Part shown: piece by piece, positions 1-11,662 of the stretch | Layout of the letters: the number at the start of each line of letters is the position of its first letter | How positions within the stretch are numbered: position 1 is the stretch's first letter | NCBI GenBank assembly: GCA_000002445.1 | Contig: CM000207.1 | Span: 1,472,001-1,536,000 of the forward strand | Reading direction: 5' to 3' | DNA length: 64,000 nt | From: Trypanosoma brucei | Taxonomy: Eukaryota | Notes under the pieces: generated by a model | What the model was told of the DNA's origin: nothing | Seen by the model: only the letters and a program-made list of their open reading frames with translations | Database searches by the model: none | Translations under genes and position numbers: made by a program

Positions 1-844
1 AATGCACGAAGGTTAGAACGGAAAAAAAAAACGCAGACGAAGTCCAACAGGTGGGCGTAGAAGAAGGGGGAGAAGCGCAAAAAGCCAATATGAAATTGGA
101 AGGATCATTAAGTCCTCGACGAGTGGGCACATCCGTATATGAATTTTGTCAGTTCACTCGAAGCATCCCGATGACAATGAGCAGCGAAAAGGAAGTAACA
201 CAACGAAAAAAAAATGGTGTGACGGTTAAATCACCCATCAGCCCATCACAACGAATACAAACTGAAGGAGGATTCTTCATGACGACATAAAATGTTTAGC
301 CACGCGAGAGAAAAAAGAAAAAAAAGAAAGTGAGGCAACACTCCACGACAGCGCTCCTCAACAAAACAAATGTGCCTTCTCAAAGAAAAATGAGGAAAAA
401 AAAAGGAGACATAGAGATACGAACATTAAGAAAGACATCGACCGGGCCATATGAGGTTAGTTTAGGGAGTTTTGAATTCACCTTCCTTCCCCTTACTTCA
501 TACAAAATCATCTTCCCTGCGTTACGGCCAGTCACGCACTAAGGTCTCCAAAACACACTAAACTCCCGCTATATCGCAGTTTTACCAGCACCCCGCCGCT
601 CAATCCATTAGGTGTCAAACCGAGGATGAAAAAAAAAAAAAGAACTTTTTTTCTTTGTTGCCTGGCGGTGAAAGCAGCGGTTCACATGCCAAGTCGAGAA
701 CCTTCCCTACTGTTGACCTTCCACCTCACCTCGACTCGTTTGTTTCTCCATAAATCTACGCACGTATAAATGGTACGCTAGAGCAAAAGTGCGCTTACGT
801 ACAAAAAAAAAAAACACATACCACCAAAGTCATCTGCTCCATCG

Positions 845-2818
845 TCACGCTGTCTTCTTTTCCTGCATCATAACGCTTGATGCGAGAAGATAATTGTTCC
901 GGAGCACCCCATGAGAAAAAAATGGTAAGTAAGACAACACATTGTCAGCTCGAGGAAATATCCGACGGAATCCCCCGGCGCATGCCAGTTCCTCTTCCGC
1001 TTCCAAAAGCATCATGTGTTCTGCAGGGCTCAGAATAGACTCGGGTTCTTTGGGGTCGTTGAAACGTGTGAGAAGTGACTTCCGAATCATTTCCCCCGCC
1101 TTGTGAGGATGACGTCCGAATCGGTACCGTTTGTTGTAATTAGGTGGTGACGCCCCTCCATATTCCTGTTGGAAATTCGTCGCAGGGGCATCACGTTGAT
1201 GTGGAACGACGCGAATAAGAGTTAATAAATGTGCGAGCATGCGCGACTTGACAGCCTTGTCCAGAGGTGTTCCCGTCGCCAGGGACGGCATGATATTCAC
1301 CTCAATAAGACGAACGTTGTACTGATCGTCGGCCATTAAATCTAAGCCGTAAAGTTCAAAGCACCCCCGCCCTGTTTTGTTGCGACACTCCTTGCGGAGC
1401 CGCTCAACTACCTCGTGTTCAATACTGAGAAAAGCTTTTATTACCACGTCATCGCAACTACTCAAAACCTTTTCCCATACCCTCCTACCGTTTTCTACGT
1501 TCTTGTCTAAGAACTCACGCAAGTCGGAGAGACACCACTTAATATCTAATGGGTCATCGGAGTCGTATGTCTTACCACGGCTCGCCCGATTCAACTCAGC
1601 GGTTTTGTTCACGGAATAGTTGGTCAGATGTTTCTGAACATTGTCCAAATCCTTGTCCATTCCCGGGTACTTCTGCGCCGCAAAACGAACAAGGCCCTCA
1701 TCGAAAATATAAATACGTAATGGATCAAATGATGTAACGACGCAGTACAACCGTAGGTCAAACTTCCGTCCGAAGATCATCATCGGGTTTCCCACATACC
1801 GCTGGCATACCGCATTTTTGGAGCCTGTCGGCATGGGTGGCATACCCCGATACAAACGAATTCCACGACCGCAACTCGAAGCGCTGGGCTTTACAATGAA
1901 GATTAGTGGATCATCAGCACTATCCGGATTTTCGTTCACGTAGTCCTCCAACTGGGAACGCTGCTTTGGTAAAAGAAATGTCATTGGGATAACATTGAAG
2001 TTGTCAAGCCCAAAGTAGCGCTGCATCTTTTGAATGTTGGTAGCCAAACTATCTTTACGTCCAATACCCCATGTCCCAGGGAAGTGATTAACCTTTTGGT
2101 AAGGGCCAAGATGGGAAAGAATATATGTCGTTGCCCGCTTTGCCCATATCACGTTAAACAGCTCGTTTGATGCTGTGTACTTCATGCCTGAAGCCTCAAA
2201 CGCGTCGATGACAACCTTGAACGCCACTACTCCAGGTCCGAGCTTATAAAGGCACATCCGATTTAGGTTATTCTTCTGAACCGACACCGCATCAAACCGA
2301 AGGGATGGGCGATCATTTCCGTGGTATGTGAGGTTGATCTGCCCAGGGTTCGCGCTGCGCGCCCTCGCGCCGCCGTATCGCTGAATGGGAAAGAAGAGAC
2401 TCCCTGCTGAGAACGAGTAAATTGGTTTTACGAGTGTATAATATATTTTACCCCCAGAATTTGCTCCACTGTTGGATACGGGGGCGCTACTCCTCCGCCC
2501 CTCCTCTCGAGGTGCTACTTCTTCCTCCAGTGTGTACGTGGAGCGCGATATACTGCCCTGGTTCCGGGAGATCATCGGGAGCCTGGCACGGACGCGCGAC
2601 AGGGCGGTCTGCGGGACATACTTTGGGTTAGACGGGTCATCATCATTCGGATCCGGCACAAATTTGCCAACGACAATACGCTGGCTCTCACTCGATGAAT
2701 AAGTCGTTTCAGGTGTCAGGATATCAGTGTCCTCAGCTCCTCCGCGCTGCACGGAAGTAAGCGCCTGTGGGTAAAATGTGGCCACGTTTCTTGGAGGGGG
2801 AAGCACGGGTTCGGCCAT
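845..2818 (-). CDS. Tubulin-tyrosine-ligase-like (TTLL) family protein, probable tubulin polyglutamylase
   Basis: 657-aa ORF. Central TTL/ATP-grasp domain is recognisable (…IFIVKPSASSCGRGIRLY…, …QRYVGNPMMIFGRKFDLRLYCVVTSFDPLRIYIFDEGLVRFA…). Same strand as all neighbours. Confidence 0.75.
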   Translation of the reverse strand: MAEPVLPPPRNVATFYPQALTSVQRGGAEDTDILTPETTYSSSESQRIVVGKFVPDPNDDDPSNPKYVPQTALSRVRARLPMISRNQGSISRSTYTLEEEVAPREEGRRSSAPVSNSGANSGGKIYYTLVKPIYSFSAGSLFFPIQRYGGARARSANPGQINLTYHGNDRPSLRFDAVSVQKNNLNRMCLYKLGPGVVAFKVVIDAFEASGMKYTASNELFNVIWAKRATTYILSHLGPYQKVNHFPGTWGIGRKDSLATNIQKMQRYFGLDNFNVIPMTFLLPKQRSQLEDYVNENPDSADDPLIFIVKPSASSCGRGIRLYRGMPPMPTGSKNAVCQRYVGNPMMIFGRKFDLRLYCVVTSFDPLRIYIFDEGLVRFAAQKYPGMDKDLDNVQKHLTNYSVNKTAELNRASRGKTYDSDDPLDIKWCLSDLREFLDKNVENGRRVWEKVLSSCDDVVIKAFLSIEHEVVERLRKECRNKTGRGCFELYGLDLMADDQYNVRLIEVNIMPSLATGTPLDKAVKSRMLAHLLTLIRVVPHQRDAPATNFQQEYGGASPPNYNKRYRFGRHPHKAGEMIRKSLLTRFNDPKEPESILSPAEHMMLLEAEEELACAGGFRRIFPRADNVLSYLPFFSHGVLRNNYLLASSVMMQEKKTA

Positions 2819-4189
2819 CGATTCGGTGGAAGCTGAAGCACTTGGTTCTAAAAGCGCTTAGTCTGCCTCACCTCGAGTTGGGCTGTGCAAAATAAAGAGG
2901 AGTTGACAGAAGAAGGTACAGCTCAAGAAGGTGGGAATATAGAAAAGACAATTACATCACGCACAAATATATATCTGTTTTTACATATGGTTAAACAGAT
3001 CAGTCGTGCTCTATGCAGAGAAGTCGATGATCTTTATGGGTAGCGAAGGCCCGTCGTGACGATCAGGAACGATGGTAATCAATGTTGTATCATATTTACC
3101 TCAGTTACACCCTTACGACGGCTACAGCATGGGGTACACAACAATGGTGATAGAGGGAGAGAGAAAGGAGTGTTATTAACGCTCGCTGAGTGCCTGAGGT
3201 ACTACTACTACAGGCAGCACAATAGCACACAAAAGACCTGTGCAACGGTGGTGCAGTGGGTCACTTACTAAACTCTTATATGCTAAGCAACATGCTAGAA
3301 ACGCATCCACTAAAAAGGGTAAAAGTCCTTTTACAACTACATGTTACTCGATTGGCACTTCAATGACTCAATAAAGAATATAAACACACTCTTGAAACAA
3401 CACACCACAGCAGCGGCCCTCTCCCCCAAACGTTTGGTGATAGATCATTCAGCTCCAGTCGATACTTTCATCATGTGCCTCCCAACCACCGTAATATTCT
3501 CTTTAGCATTGGCACTCTCCATAACGCCCCTCCCCCCGGCGCGCAAATCTCCCTTTTTTTCTTTTTAAGTTGGTTGCGAACCGCGTAAAAAAAAGAATCC
3601 CCATAACGGCAGTAACCCACTCACTGTGTCGGTGAGGTTGGTGCAAGAGCGCCAACAATAAACAAAACCAAGCGAAAATGGGAAGGGAAGGGATAAATAA
3701 GGGGGAGAAGTAACACAAAGGGATGACGTGCAATCGGCACAAAGCTACATTTCTGATCCATACACGGGCTCAGTCGACAACACTGAAATGTGTAAATGGC
3801 CACCGCTTACTCTAAAGTTATGAGGAGTGAGATCATCACACATAGGCACTCCACCAAAATGGGTTGGCCACGCAGGAGAAAGTGAAAACTAAGTGGTTAT
3901 GGCTGAAAGATGCGCGCAAAACGAGAGCAAAAACAAAAACAAAAAAGACGACTACACAAGGAAGAACTAATAATAACTGCGGCGTCACCCTCCCTCTGAC
4001 ACACACCGGGAGGGAGAGGAGATAGGAGGAAAAATAAGAACAGATGGCCCCAATTGTGTATGCAAAGCCAGTTAGGGGAAGAATCATATCATCCCTCCCC
4101 TTCTCAGTCGACACACTCAACATAAAAACAAGGAAAATAACTAGAGGGATAAGAGTTCGACACTGTCCATAAACCACTGCTTAGCGAGA

Positions 4190-6511
4190 TCATGCATTAA
4201 ACGACAAACTACGCATGATTTCTTTGGCATCACGAAGCCTGTTTGGTGTCCTTGCGGGGGGTAATGAAACAGGTGGGGCAGAGAGCTGAGATAAAGAATC
4301 AGCCGGATAACATATCACCGTTTGTGGTTCTTCCCTCGGAGTTCTCACCTCAGCCACCAAACGCTTCACGCTTCTCAACGCAGCTTCAAGTGTACCAGAA
4401 TCTGAGTTGCTTCGTTTACCCACAAGACGATCAGGGGAGGGCGTTTTCTCATGAGGAGCCCTTAACTTACTGAGCCACTCACCGGCAGCCAAATCCTGCG
4501 GCACATTTTCAAGCGTTGTCTCAGAATCAAGGGTGCTGCTGCAACTGGAAAACGTGTCTGTGATGGCTTGCAGGATTGTGCGCTGCTTCTCCACGCCCTT
4601 GGGACTGAGATCGAGGAAATACTCCTCCAAACACTTTGAGCTTGTGTAAACATCTGGTCCAAGTACTTCTAATGGACATTTAAGACTGTATGCGCTTTGT
4701 TCAAAAAGGAATACCGTAAATGCCGCGTCCATTTCCGTGCAAACGCGCTCCAGGTGCAGTTTCGCGTACGCCTGCGTTACGCGAACAAGAGATTCCAGTA
4801 AGCGAATTGTGATCGGTACACAATCAGCAAGGTTTGGCACCGCGCCGCGGCGCTGCTGCATTTCATAGTACGCCTTGATAAGCCGTGAGGCTCCGTCGGT
4901 GAGCAGCGGACCCCCATTCTGGGAGTAATGTGCGTGAACCCACCGCAAGTAGCGACCCACATCATCGAGCGACAGCACCGAATCCGGCAACCTTCCAGCT
5001 TGCGAATAGTTGAGGATATGCGTGGCGATACGGTCGTCCGTTTCGGGTGACGGGGTGTCCCAAAGAAGAAAGACGAAGTCGAAACGGCTCAACAGTGGCC
5101 CACCAACACCAATTTCGGTCCCATTTTGACGGGTTGGGGGATTACAAGCAGATATAACAGAGCAGCAGGTACGCAGTTTGGTCACCATTCCAGCTTTGGC
5201 CACGGATATCGTTTGTTGCTCCATTGCTTCATGAAGGGAGGCCCTATCACCAACAGAAACGGTCCGAAGCTCGTCAATAACACAAACACCCCCATCACTC
5301 AATACCAAAGCGCCAGGCTCCAATACCCACTCTCCTTGCTCTTTCGATGCCGCAACCGTGAGACCAGCGGAAGTGCTCCCCATGCCAGTCGTGGAAGTGC
5401 TTCGTGGGGCTAAAAGGGCTGCGCATCGTAGTAACTGTGATTTTCCTGTGGAAGAATCACCAACAAAAAGGCAATGGATTGTGGAGCGGACATGCATGCG
5501 CGTCTTCCCAACCGTGGATGTCCCACCCAAAGTCGCCAAAATAACAGCCATGCGAGGAGCGAAGAGTCCCGCCAAATGTGGACAAACGGAATTCACCAAC
5601 GCGCTCCCTCTACCAAATTTGTCTTTGCCGAACGAGGAATAAAAGGACTCGGGTGTAAAGGCGGACTCTTCTACCTGTCCATTGTGCCTCCGCTTTGCCG
5701 CCGCAGACGCGTTGAAACTTCCGCCATCGCGGTAGGAGTCCATCACGTTAACGTTGAGCGCCCAAATGGTGGGTTCAATGATTGGCAACGCATTTGGGTA
5801 AGTATTGCGCCATTTTGGGAAAAGAATACCAATCACCTCCACCAACTGACCTACAGTACATTTTTTCGAGAGGTCATCTTCAAGCGTTATAAGAAGCGTG
5901 CGAGGAAGTCGGCCACTCTCGCTATGGCGCTGCTGCAGTCGGCACTCCGCGTAGTCCATCCACACCTGCCCAATCTGCTGCAACTCCTCTCCTTTGCATT
6001 CTTTGTTCGCACAATGAGGTTTCAACTTTGTTGAGCGGTCAAACGGGCTTGAGGTCAACTCCACTGTCTCAAGGCATTTGAAGCACTTTAACTTGCGCAC
6101 CAGCGGTACCACCTTCTTTGTATTCATCCGGACAATTGATCCACAAACACTAACCAATATCCCGCGCTGGGGAGGCAGCGAGGGCGGCGGGGTTCCCACT
6201 GTAGGAAGATGCGAAAGCCGTGGTGATAAATCACTAGGGTTAAGATGGCGCCCAGCTTTGGCGCAAACCTCCGCACAGATTTTTCTGAGCGCGTCCATGA
6301 GGGTGGTAGTATGGTAGAACAGGAGGTCCGCAACGGATGGACAAGCCGCCAGTAACTTCATGCAGTCCACATCAAGCGTCCATAGATTCCTAGTGGGAAG
6401 AGCTTCCCCGGAGAGCAGCTCCGTCATACACTGCGGGGGCTCACAACATTCAACAAAAAATGAGCGCAGCTGCATCAATAAATTATCCGTTATTGGTGCA
6501 ACACCATTCAT
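4190..6511 (-). CDS. MCM-family AAA+ helicase, MCM8/MCM9-like (not a canonical MCM2-7 member)
   Basis: 773 aa. C4 zinc finger (CFKC…HCANKEC). Walker A GDSSTGKSQ, Walker B/sensor GVCVIDELRTV…DRASLHEAMEQQTISVAKAG, arginine-finger region LSRFDFVFLL. Walker A/B variants deviate from the MCM2-7 consensus GDPGTAKSQ/IDEFDKM. Confidence 0.75.
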   Translation of the reverse strand: MNGVAPITDNLLMQLRSFFVECCEPPQCMTELLSGEALPTRNLWTLDVDCMKLLAACPSVADLLFYHTTTLMDALRKICAEVCAKAGRHLNPSDLSPRLSHLPTVGTPPPSLPPQRGILVSVCGSIVRMNTKKVVPLVRKLKCFKCLETVELTSSPFDRSTKLKPHCANKECKGEELQQIGQVWMDYAECRLQQRHSESGRLPRTLLITLEDDLSKKCTVGQLVEVIGILFPKWRNTYPNALPIIEPTIWALNVNVMDSYRDGGSFNASAAAKRRHNGQVEESAFTPESFYSSFGKDKFGRGSALVNSVCPHLAGLFAPRMAVILATLGGTSTVGKTRMHVRSTIHCLFVGDSSTGKSQLLRCAALLAPRSTSTTGMGSTSAGLTVAASKEQGEWVLEPGALVLSDGGVCVIDELRTVSVGDRASLHEAMEQQTISVAKAGMVTKLRTCCSVISACNPPTRQNGTEIGVGGPLLSRFDFVFLLWDTPSPETDDRIATHILNYSQAGRLPDSVLSLDDVGRYLRWVHAHYSQNGGPLLTDGASRLIKAYYEMQQRRGAVPNLADCVPITIRLLESLVRVTQAYAKLHLERVCTEMDAAFTVFLFEQSAYSLKCPLEVLGPDVYTSSKCLEEYFLDLSPKGVEKQRTILQAITDTFSSCSSTLDSETTLENVPQDLAAGEWLSKLRAPHEKTPSPDRLVGKRSNSDSGTLEAALRSVKRLVAEVRTPREEPQTVICYPADSLSQLSAPPVSLPPARTPNRLRDAKEIMRSLSFNA

Positions 6512-6908
6512 CGTGACGCACTAGTACTCCAACAACCGAGCTAATATCTCCCAGTACTCTAGCACACAGAAAGGAGTATTCGCAGAGTAATCGCCCCACC
6601 CGCACTGCAGCGGCTGAGAAACGCATTTATGCATTGGATAAAACGGAGAAAACATAGCATCAATTTGCAGCAGGACGCAAAAAGGAAAAAAAGCATGTTA
6701 CCTTATATATACAAAAAGGGTAGGGAAACCCCGTCAACCATAGCCTATTTCTATTTTACCTGTCTGTTCACTGCCTATCAAGCGTTCGATTCCGCCACAC
6801 TCGTAATCGCACACTTCCAAACAGTGTGTTTACCACATGTATGGAAACATATGTATGCATATATATATATACGTATTCTGTTTGCTGTTACGTTGCTGCA
6901 GCCTGGTC

Positions 6909-7235
6909 CTACGGGCTGCACAGGTGAAAATAGTATGCCTCCCAGTCTTGATTTTGGGCTTCTTCATACAACTCAATCATCTGCTCATTTCGAATCTCGT
7001 TCTCCAACTCAACGAGAAGGTCGACTACCGATGGGTCGGTCAGATCGCACTCGAATTCAGATCCTATAAAAGCATATTCGTTGGCTGTGGGCTGGGCAGG
7101 CTTGTCTGACTCCTCCCGCCGAAGCCGCAGGTCGCTAAGCCTCATGTCCCGTCTGCAGGCAGCATTATAATGCATCATCCGCTCCTTAATCTCTTGGCGC
7201 CTGGAGTACAATGCCTTGACGCCGACCTTTTGCAT
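6909..7235 (-). CDS. Hypothetical small acidic protein (108 aa)
   Basis: Only plausible ORF on the transcribed strand in the 2-kb gap between the MCM and DMC1 genes. Protein-like composition (…LVELENEIRNEQMIELYEEAQNQDWEAYYF…). No homology recognised. Confidence 0.35.
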   Translation of the reverse strand: MQKVGVKALYSRRQEIKERMMHYNAACRRDMRLSDLRLRREESDKPAQPTANEYAFIGSEFECDLTDPSVVDLLVELENEIRNEQMIELYEEAQNQDWEAYYFHLCSP

Positions 7236-8506
7236 GGTGCAAGCCTATTGCATTCAACACTTCAAGTGTGGCCGTCCGCGGACTTACTGATGGGAAAAAA
7301 ATTTTCCTAAAAAAGAGGGGAAATGATAGAATAACACGCGAACAAACGACCGCTACGTTAAAAGAGGTTTGAAATTAATTATCTTCACATGCTCTGGCAT
7401 TAAAAAATAGCCCCCCAACGACACTCAGCACTCTATGCTAAATGAAGGGGGGATGTAATATGCAAAACGGGAGGCGAAACAATGAAGTCAACACTTTTCA
7501 CTGCTCACTATGAAGCACCTTTTCAATGGAATCATGTGGGTAGAAGGACGAAGCAGGATATTTTTTTTACCCTGAAAAATGTGCTTCCCAACACGACTAG
7601 CAGTTACAGTTCGAACATCCGTGGTAAGAAACGATACACAGCGCGCCCCACACCGTGTAACCGAACGCCTTCGGGTAACTGAAACCTCGCCGTGTGTTCC
7701 TTCTGTGAAATTAACTCGCACGCCCTCCCTTTAATTTGCGTCTCGTGATTCCGTTAGTTTGTCATGTTGATGAAGCACTTACAACTATTTCCATAGCTGC
7801 ACAACTGTTTGGTGAAACGAGTGGAGGGTGTAGAGAAATACAAAACAAGTAGCGAAAAGGTGGAAACAGATGTGACGGAGTAAAACCCAAATAACGCAAC
7901 AGGTTTAAGCAAAGTACAACAGCGGAAAAATGAACCCACTACAATCAAAGGGAGGTAGAACGTCACTGTTGAAACTATTATCAACGGCCATGCGATGGAA
8001 ATGTACGAAAGCATGTCACATTAACAAAAAAAAATAATAGTCTGTTGCCTAAATATAAACGTCGAGATCTTAAGGATAAAACAACGAGGGAAAGCACGGA
8101 GGGTCGGAAGCACACTCTCCCCGACGAGATTCGTATGTTGAGGGTTTTCTGTTCTGTCAACCTCAATCTCGCCCCCACACTCCGAGAGTGGATCTCGGGA
8201 AGAAAGCGCTCCAGAGACGCAATAAGAAAACTCTGTGCAAATAAAGGGATATGTAAAAGTAATCACAATAGCTGAGGGAAGAATTGAAAATAAAAAGGAA
8301 AGCGTTGGGACAAAGTAAATGTCAGACGGAAGAACAAACCAGGCAAAGTGCAGCTGAAGACGTCAACACCACATCACACACCATCAACCGGCTACGCCAG
8401 ATACTCCCACGCACACAAACACACACGCGAAACAAATAACAGGGAACGGCAAAGGTATGATGAAAACACAACAGTAGCAAGTAGAAACATTCCATAGGAA
8501 AGCTAC

Positions 8507-9556
8507 CTACTCACGTGCGTCAACAATCCCTTGCTCCGATATGCTGAAAACACATTCCACCTCCGGCAACGACGGACTGTCATATATCTTACACACGCGC
8601 TGATCCCCCCGTCCTTTGCGCAGCGACAGTCGCGTCGTTGAGGCATGCGCAAGAATATGACCTCCAATAGGCTTTTTGGGGTCGGCCACAAACATGGAGG
8701 CGCCACCAGGATCCGCAACCACCTGATTTGTTATGTACACAGCAACGTTATACTCCTCCGCAAGTTTAATCATGTTGCTCAACATCTTGGCCAGTTTCTG
8801 CTGCCGCTCCGCGAGCTCCCCTCTGCCAGAAAAATCCACGCGAAAGAGAGCCGTTACACTGTCTACAACAAGGAGACTGAACTGATCCTCTACCATCTTC
8901 GCAGCAACCATTGACAAGAGGTGCATCTGATGCTCGTGCGTGTAAGCTCGTGCCACGAGAATGTTCCCCAGTACGGCCTCAACGTCGAGACCAAAACGCT
9001 CTGCGATGGGCTTAATCCGCTCAGGTCTGAAAGTTGCCTCTGTGTCAACATAAATAGCTTTACCATTGCCCCCCCCCATTGAAATGGGGAGTTGGCACGT
9101 TACGCACAATGTGTGTGCTATCTGCGTTTTACCGGTTCGGAACTCACCAAACGCCTCCGTAATTGACATGCTTTCTATGCCACCGCCCAACAACTGATCC
9201 AGAGCCGTGCTTCCAGTTGTTACACGGGTCACCCTCCCTCTCTGTTGCAGGTAAGCCGTTCCAACGCTGAAACCGCAATCCGATAACTTCCGTGCCGCCT
9301 CGATAATTTTGTCAACTTTGGCATCAGACAAACCCTTGATAAGAACAAGATCCTTTCGGCACTGCATGTGAATCCCAGTCACGGTGAATATACCCGCCTG
9401 CCGCAGCTTAGCGACATCCGCCGCGGCAACCCCCTGCTCGGTAAGGCGGTCAATCTCCATGATGGTGTGCGCCGCGTCCTCATGCGTCGAGTTGTCCGTG
9501 GAAACCGCCGCATCCTTCGCCTCACTTTTGCCCGACCGCGTTCCCACGTGCTGCAT
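8507..9556 (-). CDS. DMC1: Meiotic recombinase DMC1 (RecA/RAD51 family)
   Basis: 349 aa. HhH N-domain; Walker [13 protein letters not shown]1-diagnostic stretches [91 protein letters not shown] match DMC1 better than RAD51. Confidence 0.85.
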   Translation of the reverse strand: MQHVGTRSGKSEAKDAAVSTDNSTHEDAAHTIMEIDRLTEQGVAAADVAKLRQAGIFTVTGIHMQCRKDLVLIKGLSDAKVDKIIEAARKLSDCGFSVGTAYLQQRGRVTRVTTGSTALDQLLGGGIESMSITEAFGEFRTGKTQIAHTLCVTCQLPISMGGGNGKAIYVDTEATFRPERIKPIAERFGLDVEAVLGNILVARAYTHEHQMHLLSMVAAKMVEDQFSLLVVDSVTALFRVDFSGRGELAERQQKLAKMLSNMIKLAEEYNVAVYITNQVVADPGGASMFVADPKKPIGGHILAHASTTRLSLRKGRGDQRVCKIYDSPSLPEVECVFSISEQGIVDARE

Positions 9557-9952
9557 TAAGTTCCTTCAGATAATTGAAAGCGTGGCCCACTACCTAAAGT
9601 AAACGCATGGGAGTTAAGAGGTGAATCAGATCAAAAGAAAGTGTAGTTGCGGCAGCGCAGTCGTGAAACAGAGAAGAGGAAGGAAGTAAATACAACAGAT
9701 CATGTGGAGGAGAACGGAGAACCGAGGGACTAACTGTAGTACTCATTCGTGAAGGCGCTAATTATGACGATGAGACAGTGCCCGTACCTTTGGAAGACAG
9801 TGCTGCCACAGGAATTTCCTCACTACCCATTGGCAGGAGTCATTGATAACACACCAAGATGCTGGTATAACTTGAAAATGAAATGTAACCACAGCAGCGG
9901 AACGCAGAAGTCAGGAGATGGCTACAAAGAAAGTAAATGGTGCACAAAGCCA

Positions 9953-11029
9953 TCAAAACGGTTGCTGAGAGAACTGGTACAGAGTGTCGCAAACCCTCTG
10001 TAACGTTGAGTCTACGAAAGCCGGCATGAACCCCTTACGGGCGAGCTGAGTCAAATTCTCCCGAATTCCGTAGAACGCAAGCCGTACGTTTCCATCAATG
10101 CGATACAAGTTCTTGGCGTATTGTATATAGAAGAGCGTGAAGATGGCTCCCCCAGAGAATATAACAGTCAACAGCATTATAGCCTCCAACGACACCGCAT
10201 GCATAATGAGTCTTTGAGCGTTTGAAGTTATCGACTGCGCGTAGCGCAACCCCGCTTGATAAGCTGCTGGTGCAACCTGCTGCACTCTTGAGAAGTTAGT
10301 AGCGAGAGAGAGTGCACTGTAGAGGCCCTGAACGACGACAAGTGGAAGTTGCGCCCGAACTCCTGAGATCAATGCCACAAGACAGAGAATCAAGTCCAAA
10401 GTGCAGCGCACGTCAAACCACGACTTGAGTATAGACAAGTCGGGAACCAGCATGTGCCTGGAATGTGCGATAACAGCGTGGCGCGCGGCAGCGGCTATCA
10501 ATAGCAAAAACCAAGCGGAGCTTCCGTTCACCCCAATGAGTGAAGAAGCGAGCGCCGCAAAGGAAAGAACTAACACTAAAGTGTCAACAAGCAATCCTAC
10601 CGTACCATGTGGTGTAATTTGGGGCATGACCACCGGTGAGCCACCAAACTGCGCCTGTCCCCGATTCATTTCTTGCCGTAGCTTTTGCAAATTTTCCCGA
10701 CTACTGCTGTCGGTAGGTTCCAACGCCAGCGCCTTTTCGTATTCTGCTGCGGCCTCCCTTAAATTTCCCATTTTCCAAAATGCCTCACCCACTCGTTTAT
10801 GTGCCTTGAAGTTGTCTCGAACACCGAGTGAGCGCCGCGCAAACGAGATAGCGGCTTCACATCTTCCGAGGGAAAAGCTTGCGGCCGCAGCATTATTTAA
10901 AAGGTCGATGTTCCCACCATCGAGCGCGAGCCCTTCTTCGTAGTATTTCAGTGCCTCTTCAAAGCGCTTTGCTGCGTACGCCTCGTTACCCTTTTGCTTC
11001 AATTCCGTTGCGGTTGTCATTTCCCCCAA
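9953..11029 (-). CDS. TPR-repeat protein with C-terminal polytopic membrane region (hypothetical)
   Basis: 358 aa. N-terminal ~110 aa form 3 TPR motifs (…KQKGNEAYAAKRFEEALKYYEEGLALD…AEYEKALALEP). C-terminal half has 4-5 hydrophobic helices. Confidence 0.5.
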   Translation of the reverse strand: MGEMTTATELKQKGNEAYAAKRFEEALKYYEEGLALDGGNIDLLNNAAAASFSLGRCEAAISFARRSLGVRDNFKAHKRVGEAFWKMGNLREAAAEYEKALALEPTDSSSRENLQKLRQEMNRGQAQFGGSPVVMPQITPHGTVGLLVDTLVLVLSFAALASSLIGVNGSSAWFLLLIAAAARHAVIAHSRHMLVPDLSILKSWFDVRCTLDLILCLVALISGVRAQLPLVVVQGLYSALSLATNFSRVQQVAPAAYQAGLRYAQSITSNAQRLIMHAVSLEAIMLLTVIFSGGAIFTLFYIQYAKNLYRIDGNVRLAFYGIRENLTQLARKGFMPAFVDSTLQRVCDTLYQFSQQPF

Positions 11030-11662
11030 ATTAACGTTTTAAACACCGCCTTTTTGTGTTATCTCGCAGGCACGTGTGTATGTTATTTTTCCTGAAAGTA
11101 TTCCTATGGTCAGTGGTGTACTCTCTTTTCCCCTTGCTGTAGTTGCCTGCGCTCACTTCCCTTTCCCTTGTTTTTTCCTTGTGGCTGAGGGCAGACCACC
11201 GTAAGTTGGGGCACACAACCGCACAGAGTATGCAAGAAAAAAAAAATAAACAAAGGCAGATTTTTTTAAAAGAAAAAAGCGGGAAAGAAAAGTGAGTAAC
11301 GTTAAGGGCATAAACCAGTGACTGCCTTCGCATTTAAATATGGCAATGAAAACGTGGCATCTTCGCATTGAAGATGCGCTAAGAAGCAAAAGAAATGAAC
11401 CATTCCTCGCTTCCTCTTTTGTATCCCCTGCGCGCATGCGCACATTCCTACCTGAAGAAGCAAATTAACTGATATGAGAATCACAACTATATATTATATG
11501 CACTGACAAAACCTTCGCACTGCTACATTTATTCGGCACCGCATCGCGGTAGCCGACTGTCCCCCACAATATTGTCAAGGACAGTGGAAAAAGAATAAGG
11601 GTGATATCGAAACGAAGCAAGTGATTACTCAACTAAAATGTGACGTGGTTGACAACCTTTGC

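Noticed and set aside
3836-4177. 113-aa minus-strand ORF between the TTLL and MCM genes, and similar small hydrophobic ORFs (18379-18765, 22495-22764, 32130-32630)
   Set aside because: Translations are Phe/Leu/Val/Cys-rich because they read through pyrimidine-rich UTR sequence on the transcribed strand. Several overlap neighbouring gene ends. Not protein-like.
5474-6034. 186-aa plus-strand ORF inside the MCM gene, and similar long plus-strand ORFs (10401-10943, 13905-14468, 16247-16798, 25917-26504, 51610-52320)
   Set aside because: All lie antisense within strong minus-strand genes and have low-complexity Ser/Arg/Cys/Ala-rich translations typical of shadow ORFs opposite GC-rich coding sequence. 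No motifs recognised.
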